Assembly (NCBI GenBank): GCA_040004015.1
Contig: JAMPKS010000051.1
Location: forward strand, 1-32,000
Length of the DNA: 32,000 nt
From: Microcoleus vaginatus GB1-A2
Lineage (GTDB): Bacteria; Cyanobacteriota; Cyanobacteriia; Cyanobacteriales; Microcoleaceae
Direction of reading: 5' to 3'
A program made the position numbers and the translations under genes. The number at the start of each line of letters is the position of its first letter. Positions within the stretch are counted from its first letter, which is position 1. The notes under the pieces are model-generated. The model searched no databases and was not told the origin of the DNA. It saw nothing but the letters and a program-made list of their open reading frames with translations. Shown here piece by piece: positions 30,729-32,000 of the stretch.

Positions 30729-30844
30729 TTAGGGCTTACGAACGGGTGTTCAGAAACCGGGTTTTTCAACCCAAATACTTGCTTAAAACCCTCAATCTCG
30801 GTTAGAAAACCCGGTTTATTTGTGGGCGAGTGCCTAAGCCCTAA
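30729..30844. mobile_element. MITE-like element, copy C
   Basis: The perfect terminal inverted repeat TTAGGGCTTA...TAAGCCCTAA encloses cagaaaccgggttttt ... aaaacccggttt. The right end is 2 bp from the pseudogene ATG. Confidence 0.6.
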
Positions 30845-30846
30845 TC

Positions 30847-31500
30847 ATGAACCAAGCTAAAACTCTATTTTCAATTTTTGTTCCGACTTACAATCGCCCC
30901 GATAAATTAGCTGGGTGTCTCCAGTCTTTTGTGGAACTAGAATATCCGCGCGATAAATTTTAAGTCATTGTTGTCAGCAACAGCACCGAAATATCTCTAG
31001 AAACTACTATTTTCCCTTTTCAAAATCAGCTAAATCTCACACTTCTGACACAACCAAACTCCGGGCCCGCAACGGCGCGAAATACTGGAGTTTTTGCCAC
31101 AAGAGGCAAATTTTTATTGTTTACATACAATGACTGTACAGTGGTGGCAGATTGGCTGCAAAATCTGGAAAATCGATTTATTTGTAGAAACACCAGACTG
31201 CTTAATCGGAGGTTAAACTGTAAACGCGCTGCCGGATAACATCTATTCTACTGGCAGCCAGCAACTGATCGATTACCTTTACAGCTACTATAATGCTATT
31301 GGCGATCTGCAGAATTTTTTACTTCTAACAATGCTGTATTTGAAGGCACTAACATTCAGAAAAGGCAGGTGCAAAGATATGTATCTCGCCGTAAATAACC
31401 GAGCAGAAAATACCGTAGAGGGATTACATTGGGCGTTGGTTGAGATGGAGGGCAGCGGGTCAATTATCGGGAACAATCTTCTGAACCTGTGCAAAAATTA
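30847..31500 (+). pseudogene. Decayed family-2 glycosyltransferase
   Basis: MNQAKTLFSIFVPTYNRPDKL is a GT2 hallmark. There is an in-frame TAA at 30961-30963. The homologous reading continues in another frame (PDCLIGG-stop-TVNALPDNIYSTGSQQLIDYLYSYYN, stop at 31214-31216) and returns to the first frame (FFTSNNAVFEG from about 31315). The expected acidic motifs read SN and YND instead. Confidence 0.75.
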
Positions 31501-31695
31501 ATGAAGTTAGCTCGTAATAAAATTCGCTTTTATCAACAGGGGATACAGGGAGAGACCCGGATTCGGTCTAGTTCCTAGAGATCTTTGTCACCCTCCTAGA
31601 ATAAATTGCTTAGTTGAAAGAATGAAGCTATTAAAAAAATCCGTCAACTTAACTTCCTTATGTTTGCGATAATTCGCCCAAAAAGTGACAATAAA

Positions 31696-31730
31696 GCCAT
31701 AAAAATTAGGCGGATATAAATTTTTATGGC
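31696..31730 (-). terminator. Candidate intrinsic terminator of the GT1 gene
   Basis: gccataaaaatt / aatttttatggc is a perfect 12-bp stem with an 11-nt loop, followed on the minus strand by tttattgtcacttttt. The stem is AT-rich. Confidence 0.4.
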
Positions 31731-31762
31731 TGGGATTTTTCACGCATTCGCAGTGTTGCGAG

Positions 31763-32000
31763 TCAGATGTGCGGAATGTGCGCTAAAGAGCGATCGCACA
31801 AAAACTGCCGCAGTTGCACACCGATCGCCTCCAGAGAAAAATGAGTTTCCACCCGAATGCGAGCGCGCTTGCCCAACTCCCGCCCCCACGCCCGATCGTC
31901 TAAAACCCGACCGATCCCCCCTGCCAAAGCGGTTGCATCCTCACGGGACACAACGATCCCGCCGTCAGCTTCGCCCCCCTCGAAAATATCAGGCACTCCA
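31763..32000 (-). CDS. Family-1 (GT4-like) glycosyltransferase, C-terminal fragment (gene starts beyond the right edge)
   Basis: ...GGIVVSREDATALAGGIGRVLDDRAWGRELGKRARIRVETHFSLEAI is a typical GT-B C-terminal tail. The reading frame is open to the window edge. Confidence 0.7.
   Translation of the reverse strand, partial: GVPDIFEGGEADGGIVVSREDATALAGGIGRVLDDRAWGRELGKRARIRVETHFSLEAIGVQLRQFLCDRSLAHIPHI

Overview
This is a chromosomal segment of a cyanobacterium, probably a filamentous Oscillatoriales-like one. That placement is an inference from three things: the HIP1 octamer GCGATCGC is scattered throughout (e.g. 2514-2521, 2560-2567, 2862-2869, 2892-2899), heptamer STRR-type repeats are present, and the left edge carries a psbD N-terminus. 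Most of the window is ordinary housekeeping. It holds psbD (partial), an orphan CbiO/EcfA-like ABC ATPase, a DUF4058 protein, ubiD, and a complete pstSCAB operon preceded by two Pho-box clusters. It also holds an APC permease, an SDR oxidoreductase, 4-hydroxyphenylpyruvate dioxygenase, a GNAT acetyltransferase overlapping a PAS-GAF-GGDEF diguanylate cyclase, a HAD hydrolase, a J-like membrane protein, pgeF, an M23 peptidase with an in-frame 18-bp repeat tract, and a glycan-related end region (large GT-C-like membrane protein, decayed GT2 pseudogene, GT1 fragment). The stand-out locus is 2923-7015. It starts with three tandem paralogous 70-aa Cro/C1-type HTH genes on an exact 233-bp period. These are followed by a coiled-coil ORF and a large NB-ARC/TPR STAND NTPase. 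The two are separated by a stop codon that sits immediately after a correctly phased A_AAA_AAG slippery heptamer. A -1 shift there would give a single ~1,009-aa CC-NB-ARC-TPR protein. The STAND part is bracketed by two direct copies of a ~105-bp MITE-like element that also occurs at 30729-30844 and, degenerate, at 421-520. Two paralogous NYN/LOTUS-like proteins flank the pst-permease block. No rRNA, tRNA, CRISPR array, transposase or integrase was recognised by eye.
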